A DNA stretch of 64,000 bases, taken from NCBI GenBank assembly GCA_040437565.1, contig JBDOQK010000040.1, forward strand, positions 124,001 through 188,000. Reading direction: 5' to 3'. Each line of letters begins with the position of its first letter. Position 1 is the first letter of the stretch. Below the pieces are notes generated by a model, which saw only the letters and a list, made by a program, of their open reading frames with translations, had not been told where the DNA came from and made no database searches. The translations under genes were made by a program, and so were the position numbers. Below are positions 49,101 through 61,940 of the stretch, piece by piece. This stretch comes from Albugo candida. Taxonomy: Eukaryota.

Positions 49101-52100
49101 CCAAGTAGTTCTGAATGTAGAAGTTGCGTCCATAGTCGTCCAGCTTGTTTTAATTCATAAAGGCTGCGCTGAAGTCGACGCACCACTTTTTTAAGTGCTG
49201 ATCATCGCAACGCTGTAACTCAATCTCACTCACTTTCATACCTTGTGGAACATATAGGTGTATATCCAGATCCGTTTCGGTGGAGGCCTTGACATGCGCA
49301 TTAGACACGTCCACATGACGCGCCGGTACACCCCATATCTCGGATAGTGCAAGGATAACCTTCCCAGTTGTCATGTCCATAACGGTGGCGAATGTTAGTG
49401 TATAGGTTTAACCAAACGACTGCCATTCCCGCATGCCACCATCCGTGCTTTGTAGCACTCGACTTTACGTCAGCATCTGTTTTTGTTTTGTACACCCATT
49501 TTGTGTGAAGAGGGTGCATTTTTATCCGTGCACAGTACCATCTCCCACGTGCCATTGGCCTTTATTGAATCTATCTCCTACTCAGCAGCGCGTTCCCACT
49601 CCACAAAATTGTCACTATTCATGGCTTCTCTCCGAGTTCCTGGATCCACATGATAAACAGCACCAATAATGTCGCGTGGCGGGATCTCCGTTTCATTATA
49701 TCTCGTCCTCATGGTCATTGCTGGTTGATCGACTGAAGCTCTCTACAGATTACTTCTTCTTCCGCTACGCTTGCCGCCTTCTTGACCTATCCTGGTCCCA
49801 CTTGTGGTTCCTCCCGATGTCCAACAACACCACTTGACTCTAGTAATGTGTCACCAGACGTACACGTTTCAAGTGTTGAGCCGACGTTATTGTAGACGGT
49901 ATCAGCGGTACTCTCTTGTTAGCGTCTTCCGCGTTGTTTGCATTTATTTGACGAGCCATTTTGCGCGTTTGCATCCTCGCTAAGAGTCTCAATGTTTCTG
50001 GAATGTTGCGTTGTTCGCACAACACGATTCTTGGAAACAGCACCTTGTACCCTTTTATTTCGTCGCTCTTGCCAATAAGTAGGGCTTTTTTCCACGCGAC
50101 TCGAGAGTCTTATTCTTCGGGTCCGGGTTTCGGTGCACGTGGAGCCAGAAATAAGAATATCCGTCAGCTTTGGGCTGGAACCCGTCAGAGCTTCAATCGA
50201 CGAAGCGCGATTCTCATTTCCCTGCGTCAGGCTGCGGTTGATAATTTAGGACTCATCTTCTGCAGCGTCATCCCAAAATCTGAATAGAAGCCTTGATCCA
50301 AAAATCATGGAGCGCACCATGTACATTTTGATGCAGACGCTCAGCCTTCCCGTTCGACGCTTGATTCTCCTCTTCCGATACCTGACTCGCAATCCGGATT
50401 TTTCGCAAAAAGGGTGGACGACCCTGTACTTGACTCCACCATTGGTGTGTAGACAGTGGATCTTACAGTTGAAGCGCCTCTCAAAGGTTTCGAGAAAGTT
50501 CTCGAATGACTTGTTCGCCTTGTCCTTCGTTTTGCCAGAAACACACGGCAGTAGTTGCTTTTGTGATCCACGAAATTAATAAGGTACCTGTTTCCACACC
50601 TGTCGATTAGAGTGATTGGACCCTTGATATCGCTACAGATAACGCCACCTACTCGTTCAATAGAAGCATTTATTCCAATGTCTTTGGTCGACTTATTATT
50701 GCGCGTCTGCTTGCCCTGTGCGCATGTTATTCACGCTGGCCTTCCCTTATTTGTAAGAATTATGCCACTCTCTGGGTCGTTTGCCATCCTCCCGATGGTG
50801 GCATAAGCCAGTTGTGCAAATCCCAAGTGAAAAACCAGTAGCCTTCCCACTTGTGTATCGTGAGTTGTTGAATTAACAGCTTGAGAGAGAGCTGCAAATG
50901 TGTAGTCTTCATCTTTCCTGGCACCAAGTCCAATTACATCCTCGGTCATAACACGTACCACCGATACGTTATTGTTTCCTTTGTCAAGATCGAAGATCTT
51001 GAAACCGTCGCGGGGTCGGACCATCGAGCGTGTACATCCATCAAAACGAAGATCATGACCTTTTTCTTCAATTTTTCCATTGAAAAGTATATTCCACGGA
51101 AGATCTGTCGAGTAGTGGACGTCGGTTAGCTTGATGCGACGAAGATCATCATCGACGCGTGCTATAAAATCGGCGTTTCCCGTGAGCTTCAATTTTAGAC
51201 TCTCTCCATTTGGAAGCAGGCACTCTTCATCAGTTTCCATGGTATTGTGAAGTTGTGATCGTGTCGTGATCAGATGACGACTCGATCCACTATTCCAAAT
51301 CCATTGGCATGTGGCGTCGACAATGTCTGTAACTGCCAGTGCAGAATCCTTCTTGACTTCTTGCTTGCAGTCTCGTTTGTTATGACCTTATTTGCTTCAC
51401 GTCACTCAACGTTAGTGCTTTTAACAGCGGCCACCGTCGCCTTGCTTCTGAGGCGAATGCTTGGGTAATTTATCTGCGTAAGATGGACCAGCTCTTCCGC
51501 TTTTCGTAGGTAGTCTTCACGCTGATGATTTAGTCGTGCTAGTAGCACGCTCTGAAATTCACTCGAAGGACTATCAAATTTGATCGTGTGCACCGCCAAC
51601 AGCATCACTTAACGCCGTCAGCTAAAGCATGTGGTCATTCCACGAAACATTCTCCCGTTTCTTCGATGCGAATAGCTTGAAAGCCTGCAACTTCGAAATT
51701 AGCGGACCAAACTTCGTGTTTATTCGGTTCATCGAGTACCACAAATGAGGATTCTCATTGTACCAGCTGTCGACTTGGCTATGGTAACGCTGTCTCGCTT
51801 TGCCAGTTAAGTGCCGACCTAGGAAATCCATCTTGATCTCTTCAGTCCGAAAGCACCCACTGAGTCTTTCGGAGATATTTATCTCGCGCAAGAACCTCTT
51901 ACCCCAGGGTCCAAACCCTGCCCCGAGAGCTGGGTAAACTTCCTTGCCATCAAAATTCTCGATGGCAAGTTTCAGATCTCTTATCTTCCGCGGTCTTTGC
52001 GCCGCAAAATACGCCGTTGCTGGAATCAGTCTATATCCCGTGTCCCACGGCGGTTGGATAGGTGGGTCTTGCCTATCGTCTTTCCTTTCCATGCGCTGAT

Positions 52101-53950
52101 GTACCTGTCTTGCAGCTAAGTGCCGCTCTGGATTTGGTATGACTTCGAATTCAAGCGAGGGATAACGTCATTTTCGGCCAAGTCCTGCGCGCGAATCCGT
52201 AAAAGCGCGAAAGCTGCTGCTGCCGACGGACACAACCGAAGCTTGGCCATCCTCGAATCTCCGAGCTTCAAGCCTGGTGAGGTGAGCTCTAATGTCATAT
52301 TTTAGCTTAGTAACCACATCCAGCAGCCTTGCCATGTCCTCACCCGCACTTGAAACCGTACTGGCTTCATCGTTGTGGGTGTGATTCGTGGCTGGCGCTT
52401 CGGCCTGATCTCGAGCAACTTGTTCGATAGGCGTTGGGCTCATAAAGCTGTCGAAAATGCCGCACAGAATGGAAAGTTGCTTCACTGAAAGAGGGTAAAA
52501 TAGAAGTAGTTATATTATGTATGACCGTTAGTATTTCTTCCTACGGCCTTCTTCAGTTACGAAACCACCGCGTCGGGACAGTCCATAACGGAAGGTATAC
52601 GAAACCATTATTTAGATCCTTGCATCGTTTTACCAAAACGCCCAAGGGATGGCAATGTGGAGTCGTTAGTTTTCAACAGACGCATTGGATATGAACTGCT
52701 GAATGAATTGAATACGTTGTAGCTTCTAACGTCCCACCAAAAAGGAAGTTGTAGTACACCATCTTGCCAGCGAAGATATAAAAATTCTTTCCTGAGTAGG
52801 TGGACGTGTTTCGAATCTTTTGTGTGTTTACGACCAAGCACAAATCGATTTAACATTGATTGCCACTGTCGGATAGTCTCCACTGGTATGTCCACCTGCA
52901 TCGTTCAATTCCAAAGACGTGATAGAAGTATCGTCTGAGCAACAAGTAGTCGACCACGAACAGTTCGTGCTTGTCGAAACCAAAAACCAAGCCCATCACA
53001 AAATCGTTTGTAGAGATTTGAGATAACCATCGAAGAGTCGGTGTCGGGCCGAACGGAATACTCAAATACTCGACCGATCCTCCGACCTCATTATGGTCAA
53101 ATTGGGAATACGTGGACACGGCATGGACCGATTCAACGAGAGCAAGGATGATTTGCTCAAGTTGAGTTTCGTACCAGATCCATCGCAATGGATTTCAGCG
53201 AATTCGACCTGCGTCAAAATATCATTTGGTGTCTCTGCAAGCAATGTCGAATCGTCCGCAAGAAATAATCCTGTTGCGACAGTCGTGCCATTAATCCACA
53301 TTTCAAGCTCTTCACGTTGACGAAGTAGATTTCTCAAAGGTTCGATCGTCATCAGAAAAAGTATTGCTGATAGAGGACCGCCTTGTTTCACTCCACGTTC
53401 CGATGTAATGGACTGTGTAATATTTATATTGATCATCAACTGGGCGTTCGTGTTATCGTAAAGAAGACGAACCCAGTAACGCCCATTTTTTCTAAACACG
53501 AAAAACGTACGTCCCATTGACTCGATCTCAAGCTTTCGCAAAGTCTAGTCAACTACCGTACACTTCGTCTACACGATAAGTGACCAAGGCTTGGATGCCG
53601 GTGAGATGTCGGATGTGATGATGCATCAACTTTCCTCGCAAAAATACTTTTTGATCTTGATGGATCGGTTTTGGCAAAACCCGTTGCAATCGATACACTA
53701 ACACTTTTGCGAGTACTTTGTCATCGACGCAAAGCAGTGCGATCGGTCGATAATTGCCAGGATCACCTTTTGGTTTGTACAATAACGGTACTGCCGAGTG
53801 ACATTGTGAACGAAGAAAGTTACCTTATTCCAGGTGTATTCGAACACGATCTTCGGAAACCCGCCAAACGTTCGGGATCAAGATGATAAAATGCAACTGG
53901 TAGTCCATTCATACCTGAAGAAGAACTACTCCGCATGTGCTTGTGCAGTT
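46160..53950 (-). mobile_element. LINE (L1/Tx1-like) copy 2, 5'-truncated, interrupted by Copia 47755-52678
   Basis: RT motifs KGDPGNYRPIALLCVD, GVKQGGPLSAILF and FLADDSTL (53060-53780). The frame rejoins across the Copia as RIQFIQQFISNA|STIFHANW. The 3' region is homologous to 29430-30130. Confidence 0.88.
47755..52678 (-). mobile_element. Full-length degenerate Copia LTR retrotransposon (4924 bp; LTRs 47755-47983 and 52449-52678)
   Basis: TG...CA LTRs about 90% identical by eye. 5-bp TSD GACGC at 47750-47754 and 52679-52683. PBS-like gcTTTATGAGCCC (52436-52448) and PPT AGGAAGGAG. Domain order gag, protease, integrase, RT (LYELKQAGRLW, YVDDFLV), RNase H (KHIDIKLKF, ADFLTKA). Confidence 0.96.
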
Positions 53951-55884
53951 TAAGATCAAGCCCTCAACGACCTGTCAGAAAACGGTCTCGTCAACCAATC
54001 AAACTATATCACAAAACGCTACGCTGATTCTGCCTAATATCGCTGGCAAGGATACACAGCAACCTAAAGCGTACACACTTCTTGACTTGTCATTAATGTG
54101 CTCACTCTGGTCACAGTATTTCTATTTCGTAAGGAATGCTATTACTTTATAAGAGTCTGGCGCATCTGTGGTATTTCAGTAAGCCTCTTTTGGAGAGCCT
54201 TTCGTGGCAAGTAGTCATTTGTGTCTTATCCCACTCGCTGTGTTTCCTCGCAAACAATAATAAAGCGTTTTGCTAGGAAGAAAAATCCCCGAGATGCAAC
54301 TATGAGCCTCGTACTATTTACCTGTAAGTAGCTTGTACGCCTCTTGGTCATTTGTCTTGCTCCACGCCACTTAAATGCGTAAGTATACNNNNNNNNNNNN
54401 NNNNNNNNNNNNNNNNNNNNNNNNNNNNNNNNNNNNNNNNNNNNNNNNNNNNNNNNNNNNNNNNNNNNNNNNNNNNNNNNNNNNNNNNCTTTCGTGGCAA
54501 GTAGTCATTTGTGTCTTATCCCACTCGCTGTGTTTCCTCGCAAACAATAATAAAGCGTTTTGCTAGGAAGAAAAATCCCCGAGATGCAACTATGAGCCTC
54601 GTACTATTTACCTGTAAGTAGCTTGTACGCCTCTTGGTCATTTGTCTTGCTCCACGCCACTTAAATGCGTAAGTATACACACCGTACTTCTCAATAAATC
54701 ACGAACAGATACAGCAACACAAATGTATCTAAGGAAATTTCCACACCAGTAAATGGTCACGACAATTCTTTTTCTTCTGATCGGCATGTTGTTCCCCATA
54801 CGCAGCTATTCTCATTACTTAAATCAAAGTTACGTCAAATGTATTCTGTGCCCATTGAGGAAATGGCTGGGTTTCAGGAAAAAGGACTATTACCATTGGT
54901 ATATCGATCATTGATTGCTTTGTGAGAATTATCGTTACACAACAAAGAGCGAATCAGCGATTATCTGGCAGTACATGTGAGACCGCCTCCACTAGAGATG
55001 CATACTATCACAAGCAAAACATAATTTGTTCAATGAGCCTGTATAATGTCGGCCTGTATAATGTGTGGTGACGGTGTGATTGTCACATGCACTTGTACGC
55101 ATACAATCTCTCATTGTAGACGAATCTACCTATCATAGTGAGCTTACTCTATAATGTTTCACATCTTTGTTGATTTTACAGCGTTCGCACCCTACAAGCT
55201 TTGTCTAAGACGGAGCCACCTTGCATTATGACTAGAGCATTGACGAAAATATGGAAGATCCTCTAAATGAATAGTTAGAAATGATGATACACTTGCACCT
55301 TATCTGAATGCTCGATAACCAAGTCGGATTTTCAGGTACGGCTGATTGTAGCAGCTTTCCTTTTATCAGTATCAATGCGATTAGATATGTCGGCGTGATG
55401 GAAGGTAGCCGTGCGATAAGTCTCATTTGAAATTCTGGCGTAGATAAATGTGTAAAGGTCGTATGGTTCTGCTGTATAACAGCAGCTACTTCGAGCGATT
55501 GTATAATCTACCACCATGACTCGTATTACATGCGATGTAGTTGGGTACATCGAATACCTCGCAAGAATGTTTGGTAGACGGTACATTTCTTTGTCGTATT
55601 TATGTGTACTCATTCCAGAAAGAGCAACGGGAATTGGTGTAAGGAAGAACGCTGATCATTCTTCATTATTCCGATACCGTCCATTTGAGTATGATAGTGG
55701 ACTATAAACCATCTGGGAATTCTATATTTGCATGATATCGACTCCGTCCGCATCAGAAGTAGTACTTTTATCGGTTGGATAGGTGTTGTTTACTTGTTTA
55801 TGCGATAAATGCAATAGCGATACTCACCCTTTTTTTATTCTTTTGCATCATTGTGTAAAAGAAAGGATACAGGACTCGTTTCAA

Positions 55885-56619
55885 ATGAAGTGGAATTTTG
55901 TGGCTATGGTAGTATGTCTCCATGCACTTGAAGAGACAATTTATTGGGAGGAATCGGATTTGATCGCACCTAGAACAGGCAGCATGAAGTATCCATTCGT
56001 TACCTATGTGGATAAAAAAGAATTATCAGAAAACATCGCTCAATATGTGGACAAATGCAACTATCTCATGATGGATAAGATCGATATTTGGTTCAATGAC
56101 GATGAATTTGCGTCAAATTTCTGGAGAAATTTGAAAATTGTGGCAGGCAGAGCACATTCTATCCACTTTTTTCTCAGCGAAAAGTCATCTGACTTTATTG
56201 GTGATTTTCCGCCGTTTCCAGTGTTGTTTTATTCTAGAGCGGCTTTCCTTGAGCTTCATCGAAAGTACAACGTTCTGCATCGACCATTTTACAAATACAC
56301 TGAGAGTCCCAAAGACGAACCACAAGCGTTTTATGTTGATTATGGTTCAGCGATTGAAAAGGATCCTGTGCTTTCGCACTTCTTACTGCGAAAAACTCAC
56401 AGATCTAAAGGATACTCCGTAATCAAAAAAAAATATCCGTGCTGTCATTGGAAAACCTTACTGTCCAGCTCCTTTGGCAAGCAAAATCAGAAATACAATA
56501 AATGCTCCGCCATTTGCAACCAGCGGAATCTAAAGTGTAAAGTTTTCGTCAAAGTCAACATCGAGGAATACTATCCTGGTTTCCAACTGTATCGAATTGA
56601 AGATAACTCTGACTGCTAA
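55885..56619 (+). CDS. Family-D putative secreted protein (244 aa), paralog of 58464-59267
   Basis: Intact ORF with signal-like MKWNFVAMVVCLHA. Shares FW..K...HSI..L...FP.(F/Y)P..FYS, FY(V/I)D(Y/F) and GFQ(L/V)YRIE with the neighbouring gene. Confidence 0.72.
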   Translation: MKWNFVAMVVCLHALEETIYWEESDLIAPRTGSMKYPFVTYVDKKELSENIAQYVDKCNYLMMDKIDIWFNDDEFASNFWRNLKIVAGRAHSIHFFLSEKSSDFIGDFPPFPVLFYSRAAFLELHRKYNVLHRPFYKYTESPKDEPQAFYVDYGSAIEKDPVLSHFLLRKTHRSKGYSVIKKKYPCCHWKTLLSSSFGKQNQKYNKCSAICNQRNLKCKVFVKVNIEEYYPGFQLYRIEDNSDC

Positions 56620-58463
56620 GAATACAGCCATTTGAATCTTAGACGTGTCCCGTTACTTACTTCCCTTAACACTTGACTCTTCTTTGATTAGAGAGCCCGC
56701 CCTGTGTAAGATTGTCGATAAGCTTATAAAGTGCAAAGGATCTTGAGTAATCCAATCTTCTTTCTGGAGCCATCATTTCAAAACCAGATGAGGCACGCGT
56801 TCGTGTTTCTTAGACATATCGCGACATTGCAGAATACGAAGCTGTCTATTTAGGATACATCTGATAAAGAAAAAAAGTTCGGACGCTGCCTATGAAGAGG
56901 GCGCAAATCGACCTAAAATTTCGTCTTTATGCAAAGTATTCGATGCAAATCAGTACTCCTTGTAATAGATGCATTCGGCTACATGGTGGTGGAGCTCCGT
57001 CTAAAATGTGCGCGGGTTGTATCTCTGATACTAAATCAGTAGACCATCAATTCTGCAAGTAATTGTATCTAAAGCGATTCAATCACCGTTTACATTCCTT
57101 GTCGCGGATGAGATTCTTCGATCAAACAACTTTAAGGCGTTGTATGGGCACTTTAACCGTCTTGTTCATCGTCTTTTGAGAGCTCTGTCATACCAGCTCG
57201 ATATCTTGCAAGTTTCTGATACCCGTCAGTGAAAAGGACTGATTTACAAGTCTTTGAAGAAAGAAGAGAGATCGACGTTGAAGTAGCTTGATTGACGAAG
57301 CTAAGATACACCAGCAAAGAAATGATCGATACACGTCCCCTCCAGCAATATACGAGCGAGCACCTCTCATTGCTATACTCTATACAAAAAAGAGTTCTAA
57401 TGGAATTGAAGACTGTTCAACAATCGATTGAAAGAAAGGACATTCTTATCGGTATAACAAATCACTGCCACAACTTTTTATCGCGTCTCCATTTTGTCAA
57501 CCATGAATCGCAGACGGACCGGCTGTTTCAAAGAAGACAGCGCTTCCTTCGTAAAATCTGACTAGATAGCAGCATTTCAATTGCGCTCGTAAAGCAAACA
57601 CGAAAATAAAGCATACCACGTAGAATGTTTCATTCCAATAGATCGCATTCTTTCATTTTCATACCTGTAGCTCTCTGTAATTCGAAATATCACGGAGAAG
57701 TGTAGATAATCTGTGACCAACGACACCCAGGGGGCTTAACACTCGGAAGGACGTATATTAGGTCCTTAGTTCACTTAACAGTTCAAGTAAGCCTTCACAA
57801 ACTACTGCATCTTATCTGCACATCCGTTATGTTGAATATCCAATAATAAGAAATCAGACGGGAAACCGTCTGCTATGAAAACATATTCCGCAATGGAGGA
57901 TTTCGTTGCAATGTTTTCATCCTCAGTGATCCTATAGTCAGAAACTGGTCAAATATATCGTCTTAGTCGCGTGTATCAGCTCTACGTGCTTTTGTCTGCC
58001 AAATCGCTTAAGAGATGCGGCATAGAAATGTTGAGGCGGACTTCAAGATTACAATTGGGTGAAAATCCAAGAAAATATGGACACATGATTTGTCTGACAG
58101 CATGAGTAGCAATCAGACTCTCAGAAAAGTCAAATCGCATATCAATTGTATTACGTCATTGTTCTCATAAAATGTGATATTCTTCTATTGGATGCTCATG
58201 TATGCGACTAATGCTCGCATCTGGTTCTTGCGTTTGTACAACACACGCAAAGTATGAGCCACGATGTAACAGAATTGGGAAGGGAATTCCATACAGTATG
58301 TAATTTATTCTGTCAAATTGCCTAAACTGCCTCTAGTATCATCGGTTCTAAAAAATCGAATATTATCCAGTCTAATGGAAGGGAAGGAATGACGACACGT
58401 TGAGACGCGATTTCAAATCATAGGCGTACTTTCCATTTTACCATCAAGCAACTACGCAAAAGT

Positions 58464-59267
58464 ATGGCCACAATGAAGAAATTGTACCAGGTTTTCTTGC
58501 TTGGCATCCACGTAATTGGAAAACCGACAAATCAAAGGCAGTTGAGTCCAAAGTATTTAGTAGGCCCAGATCCAAATCAGGAGACGCTATACCCCGTGTT
58601 CGTCAGACGTTCCGACTTAAAGCATGTAAATGAAGCCGAATGCAAGTACTTCAAATATGTGGAAAATAGAGACCAGCTGACGAAAGTTTTGGAAAAACCT
58701 GCTTTGAAGAATCGTCGTCTCATCTTGGATCAAGTGGACACCTTATTCACGAGGCATGAGGAGGTCACAAAGTTTTGGGATGCAATTAAAAAGTTAACTC
58801 CCAGTCCACATTCTATCCAAGTTTATCTCACTCAGGGACCATGTCACTTTCTCGCTGGTCAATTTCCTGCCTACCCAATTGCTTTTTATTCCAACACCGC
58901 CTGGAAGAAACTATACAAAACTGAAAGTTCTGGCTCCGGTACTCTGCAAGAATTTGAACGCAGAGCCATTGATCATTTTACTCAAAATTACGATGGACCA
59001 ACATTTTATATCGACTTTGCAAATTCTATTACGAAGCACTCGGGACTCGTTGCGTTACATGATGGCAATTTGATGGTAAAGGCCGAAAATCCACCAATCA
59101 AATCCGACCCTACTCCACCCACGATTTCCGCGACCGACCACCGTGGAAAGAAGCATCGTGGAGAAACTCCACTCGATAACGAAATGTTATTTACTCCACT
59201 TACTCCACTTACGACGTTTGAAAGAGGATTTCAAGTCTACCGGATCGAAAAATATAAAAGAATCTGA
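58464..59267 (+). CDS. Family-D putative secreted protein (267 aa)
   Basis: Intact ORF with signal-like MKKLYQVFLLGIHVIG. Collinear motifs with 55885-56619. Confidence 0.72.
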   Translation: MATMKKLYQVFLLGIHVIGKPTNQRQLSPKYLVGPDPNQETLYPVFVRRSDLKHVNEAECKYFKYVENRDQLTKVLEKPALKNRRLILDQVDTLFTRHEEVTKFWDAIKKLTPSPHSIQVYLTQGPCHFLAGQFPAYPIAFYSNTAWKKLYKTESSGSGTLQEFERRAIDHFTQNYDGPTFYIDFANSITKHSGLVALHDGNLMVKAENPPIKSDPTPPTISATDHRGKKHRGETPLDNEMLFTPLTPLTTFERGFQVYRIEKYKRI

Positions 59268-59502
59268 TTCAAATACTTTCTCATGCTCTATTCCAATTGT
59301 ATTGCTCCTTCTGTTCTCTGTCGCCTTTCGACCTCAATTGACTCGTACACTTACCACTGTATGTACAATCATACCCAGTCAAATCCATCTTTTTCGATCG
59401 GCTAATGAAAATCACTTCATGTCACTAATCACTTGAAGCTCTTCTTTCTGACATCGAATTCCCAAGTCATCGGTACATTCGCGCCACCTTCATACCACAT
59501 TG

Positions 59503-61464
59503 ATGTCGCCTGTATTTCAATGGCAGTCAATGCGATTCCTTCGATGTGATTTCCTGTCGACATTACGGCTCCAAAAGTCGCTTTTTCTCCGAACGCGCAC
59601 GCTACACAATAAGCACCATCGCTATTCCGTCATTCAAGCCATTTCAAGCTTACTTTCTGAAGCACTGAGCTCCATAAACGATGTATCAATTTCTCGCGAA
59701 AAGCTTACAGCTCAACTAGGCGTCCGACGCTCCACACAACCCAAAATCGACTTTCAATCCAACATCGCACTCATCCTAGCGCACAGCTCACCGGATATAT
59801 CCCTTGGACCATCAGAAATCGGCCATACGCTGCTCCAAAACCTTCCTTTTGAGTGTTCAGGCCAACGCATCCTCGAGGCCGTAAGCGTGTCATCTATGGG
59901 CTTTCTCAACTTTAAACTTTGTGACCAATTTATCGCTCGTTTTGTGCACGAAATGGTCCTCGACACGCATCCAAAGTCGACGGGAGAATCGCGCTCCATT
60001 TTGGTCGATTTTGCTTCGCCAAATTACGGAAAGAGACTTCATGTGGGACACTTGCGGTCCAGTGTGATTGGCGATACAATTTGTAATCTGCTCGAGTATC
60101 AAGGTCATCAGGTGGCTCGAGTGAGTCACAGTGGCGATCTTGGAAGTGCGATTGCAACGCTTTTGGCTACATTTGTCACCGATAAAGTGCCATTCAAGTC
60201 GATACACAATGACTCCCAATTAGCAGCAATGTATGAGCGAGGAAAACAGCGACTCGCTCAAGACGAAACTGGAGCGTTTACATCCATCGTCAAGCAGATT
60301 GTCATCATCTTACAGCACCCTGAAAATCCCTCTACCGATCCCAAGTTTTGTCACGAGATTTTGGACATGTGGCGTCATGTTTGCGCGTTAAGTCAACATT
60401 CCTACCAGCGAATTTTCGATCGTTTGGGTGTAAAGGTGCAAAATCGACCGGAATCCAGCTACATTCGTGATATCGGTCCGGTTCTTGCCGAGTTGGAAAA
60501 GCGTGGTTTCATCACGAAATCGCAAGGAGCGGATTGTATCTTTGTATCTCCTCAGCTTCCGCCTTTGATTGTTTGTAAGCAAGACGGTGGCTACTTGTAC
60601 GCGACAATCGATTTGGCTTGCTTGTACTGTCGCCTGTTTGGATCGGAAGTTGACTCGACGCAGTACGATGAGATCATATACGTCACAGATCAAAGCCAAA
60701 ATCTTCATTTTCGGCAATTATTTCTCGCAGCACATCGAGTCGAATGGATCAAAGAAAGCTCCGAGAAAATTGGTGTTCAGAAGCAAAGAAAAGCGAAATT
60801 ACGTCATGTGGCGTTCGGACTTGTTCTTGGTCCAGATGGATCGAAATTAAGCTCAAGAAATGGTGCGTTTGATTACTTGGAGGATTTGCTGGATGCTGCG
60901 GCCATCGAGTGTCAAAATCGATCGATACTTCCTCTCCACAAAGCCATTGTGCAAGCAGAAACAGAGTTATTTCGTCGTATTGGAGATGCTGCAGTTCGAT
61001 ACTTTGAGCTTTCGCAACAGCGCACTCGAGATTATAAATTCACATGGGATCAAGCGCTTACTTTCAAAGGCAACACAGGCGTCTACCTGTTGTACGCGTG
61101 TGCTCGTCTCGAAGGAATTCAACGCAAACTCCAGCATGCGTCCGATTACGACACATTTTTGACCCATTCGACGGCAGAAGTACTGACAGCGGCTTCGATG
61201 CAATGGCAATCCTCTGAGCGCGCTTTAGCACTGCTATTGGCCCAATTCGAAGACGAAGTGTCCCATGCGACCATTCATTTGACGCCTCACACACTTTGCG
61301 ACTATTTATACCGCGTCGCGAGTCATTTCCACACCTTTTACGAAGAGTGTCGGGTTGTGGGCGTTCCGGAAATGAATGCTCGTTTGTGTCTTTGTGCACT
61401 CACATGGAACGTTTTGACAAAAGGACTGAAACTTCTCGGTATTGAACCAGTCGACCGCATGTGA
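59503..61464 (+). CDS. argS: Arginyl-tRNA synthetase, probably mitochondrial
   Basis: VDFASPN...LHVGHLRSSVIGD (HIGH), DGGYLYATIDLA, KLSSRNG (KMSK-like), GNTGVYLLYACAR and DALR-type anticodon domain. R/S/L-rich N-terminal extension; no introns. Confidence 0.96.
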   Translation: MSPVFQWQSMRFLRCDFLSTLRLQKSLFLRTRTLHNKHHRYSVIQAISSLLSEALSSINDVSISREKLTAQLGVRRSTQPKIDFQSNIALILAHSSPDISLGPSEIGHTLLQNLPFECSGQRILEAVSVSSMGFLNFKLCDQFIARFVHEMVLDTHPKSTGESRSILVDFASPNYGKRLHVGHLRSSVIGDTICNLLEYQGHQVARVSHSGDLGSAIATLLATFVTDKVPFKSIHNDSQLAAMYERGKQRLAQDETGAFTSIVKQIVIILQHPENPSTDPKFCHEILDMWRHVCALSQHSYQRIFDRLGVKVQNRPESSYIRDIGPVLAELEKRGFITKSQGADCIFVSPQLPPLIVCKQDGGYLYATIDLACLYCRLFGSEVDSTQYDEIIYVTDQSQNLHFRQLFLAAHRVEWIKESSEKIGVQKQRKAKLRHVAFGLVLGPDGSKLSSRNGAFDYLEDLLDAAAIECQNRSILPLHKAIVQAETELFRRIGDAAVRYFELSQQRTRDYKFTWDQALTFKGNTGVYLLYACARLEGIQRKLQHASDYDTFLTHSTAEVLTAASMQWQSSERALALLLAQFEDEVSHATIHLTPHTLCDYLYRVASHFHTFYEECRVVGVPEMNARLCLCALTWNVLTKGLKLLGIEPVDRM

Positions 61465-61940
61465 TTGATTGTGTGTATGATATCTCATCCGTTGAATTGG
61501 TTCGTTTTCGGCTTTTTTAAGGCAAATACTCGGATTTGGACATTGACAGTATCAAAGACAATGTATCATATGCTGTGGAATCAGAAATCGTACGCAGTTG
61601 CGTCAGAATAAGTTTTCCAGATGGAAGGAAGAGGTCGCAATTTCCGAAAAATCGCGTCAACTGATCGCGCGTATATCAATGCGTATACTCCGGATATGGA
61701 ACTGACTACTTTTACACTATACCCAGTTCTATACACACTATACAATATCATCCGGATAAGTAACGGAATCGATTATACCGTTTCCCCTTTGCTGACTCGA
61801 ATTCCCAATGCTTTTCCCGTCTTATCCCAATCTCTGCACATGTGACGTGGAGTCGGATTTCTTCATCTGCCGTAATTTTCAGTTTTCTCAGCTCCCATCA
61901 GTTCACTGAACTCACTCGACTTCCTAAACGATTTATCGGA

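Noticed and set aside
56892-57062. Short ORF with CNRCIRLHGG resembling the Albugo CCG motif
   Set aside because: Only 56 aa, no signal peptide and no paralog support; compatible with chance.
61561-61845. Small ORFs between argS and the C2 gene
   Set aside because: No motifs and no convincing splice structure; probably intergenic or UTR.
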